Positions 9,066-17,825 of a stretch of 64,000 nt of DNA are shown here, piece after piece (the stretch's first letter is position 1; each line of letters begins with the position of its first letter). A program made the position numbers and the translations under genes. The DNA is taken from positions 1 to 64,000 of the forward strand of contig JBBQRQ010000014.1 in assembly GCA_038214755.1 (NCBI GenBank), read 5' to 3'. The DNA comes from Verrucomicrobiota bacterium. GTDB lineage: Bacteria > Verrucomicrobiota > Verrucomicrobiia > Limisphaerales > CANJXF01. The notes beneath the pieces were generated by a model. It was not told the DNA's origin and searched no databases. It was given only the letters and a program-made list of their open reading frames with translations.

Positions 9066-9419
9066 ATGAAATTGCCAAACGCTCATCTGGTTCTGGTTGG
9101 GCGCGAAAAAATAACTGATTACCTGCTCAATGCCGCTCACCCGGATAACAGCGGCAAAGCGCAATTTTTCCTTTCACTTGGATTTCGGGACGATGAGCGG
9201 GAAGCAGTAGCGCAGGCGTTTCGTAATCTCGCGGTGATGGGCGACGTGACAGAAGTCTTGGAAACACCGCATGGAATAAAGTATGTTCTCACCGGCGCAA
9301 TCCAGACGCCGTCCGGCAAAAGGCCGACGGTGCGAACCATTTGGATAATTGATCGTGGGCGCAACTGTCCGCGCCTTGTGACGGCATATCCGACAAAACC
9401 TGAAAGAACTTATGATTAA
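9066..9419 (+). CDS. DUF6883-like putative toxin
   Basis: KITDYLLNAAHPDNSGKAQFF...PRLVTAYP. Confidence 0.75.
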   Translation: MKLPNAHLVLVGREKITDYLLNAAHPDNSGKAQFFLSLGFRDDEREAVAQAFRNLAVMGDVTEVLETPHGIKYVLTGAIQTPSGKRPTVRTIWIIDRGRNCPRLVTAYPTKPERTYD

Positions 9420-9642
9420 AGAACACGACCGCGTAGTTTTGAAATCACCTTTACCTGAACATGACTTGGAAGCTGGCGACGTTGGCACGGTGGTTCACTG
9501 TTTCGAGGATGGTCAGGCCTTCGAGGTGGAATTTTTCGCCTTGAACGGTCGAACCGAAGCGGTGGTTACGGTCGAGGCCGGGCTAGTTCGTCCGGTGACT
9601 GGCCGCGAGATTACTCACGCGCGTCCTTTGGCCCGACACTAA
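9412..9642 (+). CDS. DUF4926-like putative antitoxin
   Basis: IKEHDRVVL..LEAGDVGTVVH..FEVEF. Confidence 0.8.
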   Translation: MIKEHDRVVLKSPLPEHDLEAGDVGTVVHCFEDGQAFEVEFFALNGRTEAVVTVEAGLVRPVTGREITHARPLARH

Positions 9643-9667
9643 AAAGAAACAAATTGCCCCAGCCAAA

Positions 9668-9967
9668 TCACGAGTTTTTCAAATCCCGAATGGTTTTTGC
9701 AGGGTCCTGTCTGCAATCCAGAACCCGATAGACGATTGCTGAGGAATCAGAATCCATTTTGTAGTAAACCGCAAAAGGAAAACGGCGAGCGAACAGACGA
9801 TGAAATCCCATCACCTTTTTATGGACGCCTCCGTAAAGAGAAAGAGAATCAATCTCCGAAAATAGAGAATCAAAAAAATAAGCGCCGACGCCTTCGCCCT
9901 GCTGGTCATAAAACTCGCGGCCAGAAGCCAGATCATTCAGCGCGGAGCTAAGTATCCGCACCCTCAT
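9668..9967 (-). CDS. RelE/ParE-family toxin
   Basis: ALNDL..FYDQQ..RRFPFAVYY..VLDCRQDP. Confidence 0.85.
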   Translation of the reverse strand: MRVRILSSALNDLASGREFYDQQGEGVGAYFFDSLFSEIDSLSLYGGVHKKVMGFHRLFARRFPFAVYYKMDSDSSAIVYRVLDCRQDPAKTIRDLKNS

Positions 9968-10179
9968 TCAAACTTGCTTCGGAGTTTTTTTTTTGCGGTT
10001 TCCCACTCCAGCACTTGCTCCCGCCCTTCCGCCAGTCGCCGCTCCGTCTCAGCCAATTCCTTGGCGTGCCAGGGTGGCGATTCGAATTCGCTCTCGGGTC
10101 GGCTTAGTTCCTCCCACAACGTTTCCATCAACTTGAGCTTGTCGCTCCGGGGCAGTTGACGCACAGCTTCAATCGTCAT
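9964..10179 (-). CDS. Addiction-module antitoxin
   Basis: KLKLMETLWEEL..SPPWH..EL..R..WETAKKKLR; ATGA-coupled to the toxin. Confidence 0.85.
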   Translation of the reverse strand: MTIEAVRQLPRSDKLKLMETLWEELSRPESEFESPPWHAKELAETERRLAEGREQVLEWETAKKKLRSKFE

Positions 10180-10353
10180 GCTTCCGAAATTAACGCGGTC
10201 GAGGCGCGATGGCAACGTTGTTCCGGGCAACGAGCGAGAAACCGCAGAGCCAAGGCCGCTTTTCTTGATTATTTTTTCGCCGGAAAAAATCGCTGCAAAA
10301 TTTTCTGAATCGCGGTGGCGGATTTTTATCGAAGCGACTAATCTGCCGCGGTC

Positions 10354-12234
10354 ATGAAATATATGGTGATTATTTTCGTTGCGCTATTTTGCGCCCGCGC
10401 TTTTTCGGCGATGGATTTAGGAACGTTGTCGAATGAAGAATTGGTGCCGCTCCTCGCACATAAAAATTCGTGGCAACGGCGTCAAGCGCAGCGCCTATTG
10501 TCCGAGCGGCTCACGGCCACGGATAAAAAAGTAATTGAGGAACTCGTTTCGCTCGCGGGTTCAAAAACGGGAAAAACAATTCCATCGTCCGAAACGCGCC
10601 TTGCCGCTGTGCAAATTTTGCACGCCAGCCAGACTCTCCCGGAAAATCTTCTGGACGATTGCGCGGAAGATTCGTTACCGGAAATTCGCAGTTGGGCCGC
10701 GCGTGTGACGGGCGAGCGCCACGATGTTTCTGAAAAAGATTTGTTTCGTTTGGAAAAACTTGCCGCCGACACACACGCTGCGGTTCGTCTCGCGGTCGCG
10801 ACCGCCGTTCGCCAACTCGTTTCCAGTTCGCTCATAGTTGACACCGACATCAACTCAGAAGTTCCCGTTGGAAAAATTTTAATCGCGCTCATCAAATCTT
10901 CCGCCGACGCGAAAGACCCTTTGATTCCATTCATGATTTGGATGGCGAGCGAACCGCTCGTCGCGAAAAATCCCGCGCCCGGTTTGCAATGGCTCGCGGA
11001 AAATGGCGCGGACACCATGCCGCTTTCGGGAATTCTTACGCGCAAAGCGATGCGCCGCATTTGCGACATCGGCGATACCGCGAAGATGGATGTCGCGTTG
11101 AAATTTCTTTCCGCCGTTTCTGAAAAAAATGACGCGCTCACCATCGCCGCGCTCGACGGTTTGCTCGAAGGTCAGCGCGCAAAATCGTTGCGCCCGACCA
11201 GTGACACCAAATCGTTGCTCGAAAAACTTTTCGCCAGCAGCGACGCGCAAATCAAAGAACGCGCCCAGCAACTCGGCACGTTGTGGGGCAACGCTTCCGC
11301 GACCGAGCGGACGCTGGCTCTGTTGAACAATCCTCAAGCGAGTCTTGATGAGCGCATCAAAGCGATTCAATCGGCGCAGCAATTGAAGAATGCGGCCGCC
11401 CGTGCCGCGCTGCTCAAGTTGATTTTGAGCGACAATCCCGAACCGCTCGTCATCGAAGGACTTCACGCTCTCAGCGTTTTCGGCGATGACGAGATCGCGG
11501 GCGAAATTGTGCAGCACTGGAAAAAATTCACGCCGACTGAGCGCCGCGCCGCCGTGGACACGCTGGCTTCGCGTGGGAATTGGATACGCCGCTTGCTCTA
11601 TTCGCTGGAGGATAAAATTATTTCACCGGAGGAAATTCCCGCCAACATCGCTCGCACGTTGACCGCTTCAAAAAATCCAAACTTTTCCGAGCGCGCCATT
11701 CGTTTGCTGGGACGGTATCGCGACGCCGACGCTGACAAACTCAAAATCATCGCCGAAAAAAAGAAAGCGGTTTTGACCGGCGAACCCAATTGGAAACACG
11801 GACATGAGATTGCGCAAAAAACCTGTTTCGTTTGCCACAAATTTTACGGCGAAGGCGAGGAGGTCGGCCCGGATTTGACTGGCGTTGGCCGCTCGACGCT
11901 CGATGCGCTGCTCGCGAACGTGATCGATCCAAATCAAATCATCGGCAAAGGCTACGAAAACGTTTTGATCGAAACCAAAGATGGGCGCGCGGTAAGCGGA
12001 CGAATGGTGGAAAATTCCGACACGCAAATAAAATTGCTCGCGGCTGGGCCGGTGGAAAATCTCGTCGCGAAATCAGACATCGCGACGATGCGGGTGAGTG
12101 AACTTTCCGTGATGCCGGAAGGTTTGGAGCAAATGCCCGACGAAGATTTCCGCGATTTGATTTGGTTCATTTTGAATCCGCCGCAAGACGGCAAACTCAC
12201 TTCTGAAAAACGCAAAGCATTGATTGGGAAATAG
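10354..12234 (+). CDS. HEAT-repeat plus CxxCH cytochrome c domain protein (C-terminal half of the PVC-type protein)
   Basis: Signal peptide; ELVPLLAHKNSWQRRQAQRLL; CFVCH..GPDLTG..IDPN..SVMPEGLE. Confidence 0.85.
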   Translation: MKYMVIIFVALFCARAFSAMDLGTLSNEELVPLLAHKNSWQRRQAQRLLSERLTATDKKVIEELVSLAGSKTGKTIPSSETRLAAVQILHASQTLPENLLDDCAEDSLPEIRSWAARVTGERHDVSEKDLFRLEKLAADTHAAVRLAVATAVRQLVSSSLIVDTDINSEVPVGKILIALIKSSADAKDPLIPFMIWMASEPLVAKNPAPGLQWLAENGADTMPLSGILTRKAMRRICDIGDTAKMDVALKFLSAVSEKNDALTIAALDGLLEGQRAKSLRPTSDTKSLLEKLFASSDAQIKERAQQLGTLWGNASATERTLALLNNPQASLDERIKAIQSAQQLKNAAARAALLKLILSDNPEPLVIEGLHALSVFGDDEIAGEIVQHWKKFTPTERRAAVDTLASRGNWIRRLLYSLEDKIISPEEIPANIARTLTASKNPNFSERAIRLLGRYRDADADKLKIIAEKKKAVLTGEPNWKHGHEIAQKTCFVCHKFYGEGEEVGPDLTGVGRSTLDALLANVIDPNQIIGKGYENVLIETKDGRAVSGRMVENSDTQIKLLAAGPVENLVAKSDIATMRVSELSVMPEGLEQMPDEDFRDLIWFILNPPQDGKLTSEKRKALIGK

Positions 12235-12242
12235 CGTAAATC

Positions 12243-12322
12243 GGGTAGCATCTGCCTCCGGCGGGTGCGTGGAAAACATTCCTCAACATTCTTTTCGCAC
12301 CCGCCGGAGGCAGATGTTACCC
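12243..12322. repeat. REP-type inverted pair (GGGTAGCATCTGCC family) between convergent genes
   Basis: gggtagcatctgcctccggcgggtgcg ... cgcacccgccggaggcagatgttaccc. Confidence 0.85.
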
Positions 12323-12331
12323 CCGAGACGT

Positions 12332-13648
12332 TCACTTCTCTTCCACCCGATACAACTGCGTCCGACTCCGCAGGAAAAGCGCTTTGCCATCCACCGCCGC
12401 CGAAGCCATGAAACCATCGCCCAGTTGATTTGTGGCCAGCACTTTGAATTCGCGGCTCGCTTCAATCACCGTCGCTTTTCCTTCTTCGCTGAAAAAATAA
12501 ACACGCCCTTCCGCAAACAACGGCGCCGCAGAATAATTTCCGCCGACACGCTCGCGCCAAATCTCTTTGCCCGTTTTCGCTTCCAGACCAGTCGCCACGC
12601 CGCCTTCATCCACCATGAAAATTAGATCATTCTCGAGAGAGTGCGGCCGAGTTGCATTCGGCAGAGTTCCATTATCGCCATCCACCAACAGCAACGAGGA
12701 ACGCATCGGCGCGCGCGAATACTTCCAAACGATGTGCGTGTCGGTTACCACGCCTTTGCCGCCCGGTCGAATCGCCCACACTTCCCCTTTCGTATTTCCG
12801 GTGCAGCAATAAATCAAACCGTTGCCAAAAACCGGCGTCGTGCTCGTCGTGTGCGTCGTCGGCGATTCCACGCGCCAAAGTTCTTTTCCCGTGCGCGGCT
12901 CGTAACCATAAAACGCTTTTGATCCTTGGCTGAACAACAGCGGTTTGCCATCGATTTGAAAAATGCGCGGCGTGGAAAACGCCTTGCGCCAATCACCTTC
13001 GCGATCCGGTTTGCCGTCCGGCCCGAGGTCCTTGAAATCCACCGAACGTTCCGTGCGCCAAATCGTTTTGCCGGTATTTTTGTCGAGCGCGACGACGTAT
13101 TGCAAATCGCTCCCGTCGAAATGATGGATGAGCAAATTCTCAAAAATCGTCACCGACGAACCCGCGCCGCGATAATGATTGCAGATAAAATCGCGCCGCT
13201 CCCACAGCGCCTTCGCGGTTTTCGTGTCGAGGCACGCGATGCCCGGCGAACCCCAACTCGCGTAAAGCCGGCCTGCTTCAATCACCGGCGTCGGCGAAGC
13301 GTAACTGTTGAACTCATGCGCGAACTGCGGCGCTTCCACGTCGAAAATTTTCCGGTCGTGCAGGATGCGTCCGGTCTCGCGCTCCACGCAAACCACCGAC
13401 AACTCCGTCCCTTTCGGATTGGCCGTCGTCATCCAGATTTCGCGCCCGAAGATGACCGGCGACGACCAACCGCGCCCCGGAATCGCCGTTTTCCATTTCA
13501 CATTTTTGTCTTCGCTCCAAGCGACTGGAAGACCTTTGGCGTCGGAAAGCCCGCTCCCGGTCGGCCCACGAAACTGCGGCCAATCGGCAAAGGAAGCCGA
13601 GGCGAAAAGACCAAATGCAATCACGCCGATAAAAAATTTGATGCGCAT
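12332..13648 (-). CDS. Secreted PQQ-binding-like beta-propeller protein
   Basis: Signal peptide, DWPQFRGP, repeated LD..TG..LW motifs. Confidence 0.9.
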   Translation of the reverse strand: MRIKFFIGVIAFGLFASASFADWPQFRGPTGSGLSDAKGLPVAWSEDKNVKWKTAIPGRGWSSPVIFGREIWMTTANPKGTELSVVCVERETGRILHDRKIFDVEAPQFAHEFNSYASPTPVIEAGRLYASWGSPGIACLDTKTAKALWERRDFICNHYRGAGSSVTIFENLLIHHFDGSDLQYVVALDKNTGKTIWRTERSVDFKDLGPDGKPDREGDWRKAFSTPRIFQIDGKPLLFSQGSKAFYGYEPRTGKELWRVESPTTHTTSTTPVFGNGLIYCCTGNTKGEVWAIRPGGKGVVTDTHIVWKYSRAPMRSSLLLVDGDNGTLPNATRPHSLENDLIFMVDEGGVATGLEAKTGKEIWRERVGGNYSAAPLFAEGRVYFFSEEGKATVIEASREFKVLATNQLGDGFMASAAVDGKALFLRSRTQLYRVEEK

Positions 13649-13700
13649 GAAAAGATTTTGAAGAATCTACAGAAATTTTACAGCTTGGAATTTTGCGCCC

Positions 13701-14312
13701 TTAAGGCTCAACGCCAATAATTACGAGCGGCACTGAAGGAACTCCGCGCCCGTTGCGGATCACATTGTAAAGTTCGCCTTCGTAATAACCCGGGCCGGAA
13801 GACATGTGCCTTTGCATGCTTTTCATCGCAAGAATTTCAATGCCTACATCAATTTCATCACGGACATAGAAGGCGAGATGTTTCACAAACAGGTCATAAG
13901 CAACAAAAGAATACTTACCGAACTGAACTTCTAATGCTACGCGGTCCTTTACAAAATCAGTCTGATTGTAGCTGAGAATAGCTTCCTCACCTTGAGCCAG
14001 AATCTCCGCTTTTTGTTCTTGAGCAGATTTCGTTAGGGTCGCTCGGATGAGCTTCTCTGTTTTGGTAACGAAATAAGTGACCCGACTTTCTTCCCATTTC
14101 CTCTTGTTTAAGCGGGCGCAAAACTCCTGATTTATTGCCGTCGGACTAAACTTTAACTTACCGACCATTCGCTTTTCTTTACTGACTTTCGTCCTGCACG
14201 CGATTGCATCAATATCGAAGATAACTTCTTGAACTTCAGCCCAAAGTTTTGGTTTGTGGACCATCAGATATTCCAGACCGTTGAGATGAGAATAAGTAGC
14301 TGCGATTTTCAT
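13701..14312 (-). CDS. BglII/BstYI-family type II restriction endonuclease
   Basis: NQTDFVKDRVALEVQFGKY (D..ExQ active site); ATGA-coupled to the MTase. Confidence 0.85.
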   Translation of the reverse strand: MKIAATYSHLNGLEYLMVHKPKLWAEVQEVIFDIDAIACRTKVSKEKRMVGKLKFSPTAINQEFCARLNKRKWEESRVTYFVTKTEKLIRATLTKSAQEQKAEILAQGEEAILSYNQTDFVKDRVALEVQFGKYSFVAYDLFVKHLAFYVRDEIDVGIEILAMKSMQRHMSSGPGYYEGELYNVIRNGRGVPSVPLVIIGVEP

Positions 14313-15271
14313 TTTTTAATCCGATAGGGAGTTTTCTCTTCCAATAACGCCAATTGTCCTTTTGCAAACGAGTGCTCGTTTAACCACGGAGCCGTCAGTA
14401 AATTCGCTCCCGCATTTTTTGGATCAAAGACTGGCTGAAACATCGGACGAACTTCAAGAGTTCCATCCAATGCTTTCCGAATTCGTTCGCGAGCTAAGGA
14501 AACATATTTTCGCTGCAACTCCGCACCAACACCGCGACGCGAACGCCGAACAGCGGCAATGACCGATGTCCCCGTTCCCAAAAAAGGATCTAACACCCAA
14601 TCTTTTTCATCGGTCAGCGCGAGAACCAAACGTTCAATTAGTTCAACGGGGAATTGGCAAGGATGTTCCGTTTTCTCGACGTGATTACTTTTTACGTTTG
14701 GAATTACCCAAACATCGCCCGGATTTTTTCCGAGCGGGTTGCACGAATACTGACCCGCCTTTGGCCCTTTGAAATATTTCTTGCCCGGATATTTTTGGGG
14801 AACACGAAGCGCATCCAGATTGAACGTGTAATCATCCGATTTAGTGAACCACAGAATCATTTCGTATCGACCGGAGAGACGTAAAGAACAATGAAGGCCA
14901 TGTTCAAAATGCCAAATGATTCGATTGCGGAGTTTGAAACCAAGTTCTGCGAAGACCGGATATAAAAGAATGTCTAGCGGGACGATTGCACCGTTTTGCA
15001 CGAAATTGCCGACCTGCCAACAAATGCTTCCAGTGTCTTTCAACACCTTGGCGCATTCGGCGATGACAGCTTTTTGCTGTTTTACATAACTTGCGAGGTC
15101 AAGTCGTTTTTCGTATTCCTTCCCGACATTGTAAGGCGGCGAAGTCACCACCAATTGCACGCTTTTGGGAGGAATCGTTTTAAGCAAATCAAGGCAGTTA
15201 CCGTGAAATACGACCGCTTTTTCTTTCGGGGAAAATGAATCTGAAATCTGAACGTCGTCTGACATCCACAT
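14309..15271 (-). CDS. Beta-class N4/N6 DNA methyltransferase
   Basis: TSPPY before HPCQFP and LDPFLGTGT. Start is 15271 or 15265 rather than 15487. Confidence 0.9.
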   Translation of the reverse strand: MWMSDDVQISDSFSPKEKAVVFHGNCLDLLKTIPPKSVQLVVTSPPYNVGKEYEKRLDLASYVKQQKAVIAECAKVLKDTGSICWQVGNFVQNGAIVPLDILLYPVFAELGFKLRNRIIWHFEHGLHCSLRLSGRYEMILWFTKSDDYTFNLDALRVPQKYPGKKYFKGPKAGQYSCNPLGKNPGDVWVIPNVKSNHVEKTEHPCQFPVELIERLVLALTDEKDWVLDPFLGTGTSVIAAVRRSRRGVGAELQRKYVSLARERIRKALDGTLEVRPMFQPVFDPKNAGANLLTAPWLNEHSFAKGQLALLEEKTPYRIKK

Positions 15272-15459
15272 AGTTTTACGAGTCGCGAACAAATTGGGCA
15301 ACGCTGAATCGAAAATTGAATTGGGAATCGCCCACTTGTCGTTCGTATTGCAAAAAATAAAACCCGCGACCGTTTCCGCTCGCGGATGTTGGTTACGAAA
15401 TTTTTTCCAGTTCATCCCGCCACCGCAATACTCGCCACATCGCTCCATTGGCCAACGTA

Positions 15460-15642
15460 GTCGTCGCCCTAGCGGGAGGCGATCCAACTGTCGAACTAAG
15501 CCACCGTTATTACATCGGCACGCGTGTAGGCGACAAATGGCTGTGCGTTGTGGTAAAGTATGCGGCAGAGGACGCCTTTGTTTTGACGGCGTATCTGACG
15601 GACAAACCCAAGAAAGGCGAACAATTATGGCCGATAAAGTAA
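15460..15642 (+). pseudogene. 5'-truncated toxin partner of DUF2283
   Basis: C-terminal KWLCVVVKY..AFVLTAYLTDKPKKGEQLWPIK; no N-terminal half. Confidence 0.55.
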
Positions 15643-15842
15643 AAGTTTGGTTCGATGCGGAAGGCGACTTCCTCGAAGTCCGCTTTTCCGAGGCAGCCGG
15701 TTACATGAAGGAAACGAATAACGACGCCGTGATGGAGCGCGTGGATGAAAACGGGCGCGTCATTGGTTTCTCCATTATGCAGGTGAGCCGACTGTCCAAA
15801 GAGAAACCGTTGGTAGCCGATCTTGTCTCAGCGTTCAACTGA
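15627..15842 (+). CDS. DUF2283-family antitoxin-like protein
   Basis: VKVWFDAEGDFLEV..DENGRVIGFSI. Confidence 0.85.
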   Translation: MADKVKVWFDAEGDFLEVRFSEAAGYMKETNNDAVMERVDENGRVIGFSIMQVSRLSKEKPLVADLVSAFN

Positions 15843-15929
15843 CCCAGCGAGGGGCGCAGGAAAACGATTATACCCGTCGTCCGGTTTCGTTCCATGGCCA
15901 AACTGATAATTCATTGCGCCACTTGCGAA

Positions 15930-16538
15930 TCACACCAACTCCTTCACCTTCTTCACAATCGCTGCTGCGTCCAAACCGTATTTCGCCAGCAATTCTTCCG
16001 GCTTGCCGGAGCGCGGCAACTCGAACACCGCGAGTTTGTGGACTTTGATTCCGTCGGCGCTCAATTCACCCGCGACCGTGTCGCCCAAACCGCCTTCGGG
16101 ATAATGATCTTCCACGGTGAGAACGAGGTTGTTCGTTTTTTGCGCGGCGGCTTTGATCACCTCTTTCCCCAGCGGCTTCACGCTGTAGGCGTCGATGACC
16201 GTGATCGTGATTCCGTCCTTCGCCAAAATGTCAGCGGCTTTCAACGCTTCAAACAAAGTGACGCCAGCGGAAACGACCGTGAGTTTGTCGCCGGCGTTTT
16301 GTTTCAAAACTTTCGCGCCGCCGATGGGGAATTTTTCGTCGTTGCCGTAAATGACCGGCGTTTTCAGACGCGACGTGCGGAGATACGAAATGCCTTTGTG
16401 CTCCGCCATTTGTTCGAGACATTTTTCCGCGCAAACCGCATCGCTCGGATAAAGCACGATGCTGCCGGGCAACGCGCGCATCATGCCGAGGTCTTCCAGC
16501 GCCATTTGCGAACCGCCATCTTCGCCGATGCTCACGCC
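15930..16538 (-). pseudogene. Duplicated 3' third of transketolase
   Basis: 609-bp near-identical copy of 20265..20873; lacks the 5' two thirds. Confidence 0.95.
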
Positions 16539-16566
16539 CGCCCAAATGTCTTCTCCTTGCTCTACA

Positions 16567-17823
16567 TTATTTCCCTTCCAGTTGCGGCGCGGGTCGAGCA
16601 AGTTTTTTATTCATCGTCAGAATGGATTTAACGCTTTTGTTTCCTGCATCGATTTCAACCACCGTCGCTGAATCGACAATGATCTCTCCAGTTAATCCGC
16701 CTTCTTGGTCTTTCCCGCGCGTCTCATTATACCAAGTGAAAAGATAACGCGGAATCGTATGCGTTCCGATTTTAATAGGCTTTTTGATTTTTGGCTTCTT
16801 ATCAAAATAAAGTTGTTTTTCCGAATAGCCGAGTTTCTTGATGCTCCCGCGAGCCAATTGGATGGCCTCTCGTTCGCTCATGTTCCATGAGTTCCAATAA
16901 TCTTCCACCTGTCCATCGATCCTGCCGGAAAAGAACGCGTAAGGCGCGATAAATTGCGTGATGTAGCCTTCATTGTAAGAGAAGCGATACCCGCTGGTTA
17001 ATTTCACCGTTACTTCATCCTCGAAAGATTCGCCCTCAAAGCTCGTCACGTCATTCGTCGTTAAGGGAAGTTTGATGGGCAGCTTTAGCTTTTGAGCATA
17101 ATCAGAAACGAGAACCAACATGGCGGAAACCAAAGCCTGCTTGTTTTTGGGCGTGGCAGCAATTGGAGCAGGAAGTAATCTAAACTGTTTCTCCATTTCC
17201 GGGTTGCCCTTGATGAAATCTGGTATTTGTCCTATCGGAACAACTTTTGGTTCGACCCCAATCTTGGGCGGCTCCCGCCAAAGGTTGCTCGTCAAAAAAG
17301 TCATCGACTTCAATTTCTTTTTCGCGCCGTCAATTTCTATTTGAATGGCGGTGTCATCGGCGATTGGCTCAATCCATTCGATCCGGTAACGGGGAATAAC
17401 GTTGGTTCCATGCCGGGGTGCAATGGTGATTTTGGGATTGCCATCTGCATAGACCGCCGTTTCTTTATAGCCCAATTTTTTGATCGAAGCTCTGGCGAAG
17501 GCCACTGCTTCATCCTTGTTCATCTTCAGATTCCCGTAGAATTCAGGAATTCGATTCGGATCTTGCAAGGTGTAATAACTGTCGGGAGCTTCAAAGCCGC
17601 TCACAAAACCATGATCGTACCAGAACATATAACCGTTGGTCAGAAAAACGACGCCGCCAATCTCTCCCTTTCTTTGGTCGCAATTGAAACGGGAGACCTG
17701 CTGCATCGTGATCGGAATCGGCATCGGCAAATCAACTTTTTGGCTGAACTCCGAAATATGAGGCAAAATTGCCACTAAGACAGCATTGGAATATTGAGCC
17801 GTAACTTCGATAAATGAGAGCAT
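16567..17823 (-). CDS. Hypothetical protein with two tandem copies of a PepSY-like domain
   Basis: Internal repeat EAVAFARASIKKLGY..IPRYRIEW..IEIDG / EAIQLARGSIKKLGY..IPRYLFTW..VEIDA. Confidence 0.7.
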   Translation of the reverse strand: MLSFIEVTAQYSNAVLVAILPHISEFSQKVDLPMPIPITMQQVSRFNCDQRKGEIGGVVFLTNGYMFWYDHGFVSGFEAPDSYYTLQDPNRIPEFYGNLKMNKDEAVAFARASIKKLGYKETAVYADGNPKITIAPRHGTNVIPRYRIEWIEPIADDTAIQIEIDGAKKKLKSMTFLTSNLWREPPKIGVEPKVVPIGQIPDFIKGNPEMEKQFRLLPAPIAATPKNKQALVSAMLVLVSDYAQKLKLPIKLPLTTNDVTSFEGESFEDEVTVKLTSGYRFSYNEGYITQFIAPYAFFSGRIDGQVEDYWNSWNMSEREAIQLARGSIKKLGYSEKQLYFDKKPKIKKPIKIGTHTIPRYLFTWYNETRGKDQEGGLTGEIIVDSATVVEIDAGNKSVKSILTMNKKLARPAPQLEGK

Positions 17824-17825
17824 GA

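Noticed and set aside
15272..15487. Long N-terminal extension of the BglII-type MTase
   Set aside because: No MTase-like content; it overlaps other remnants.
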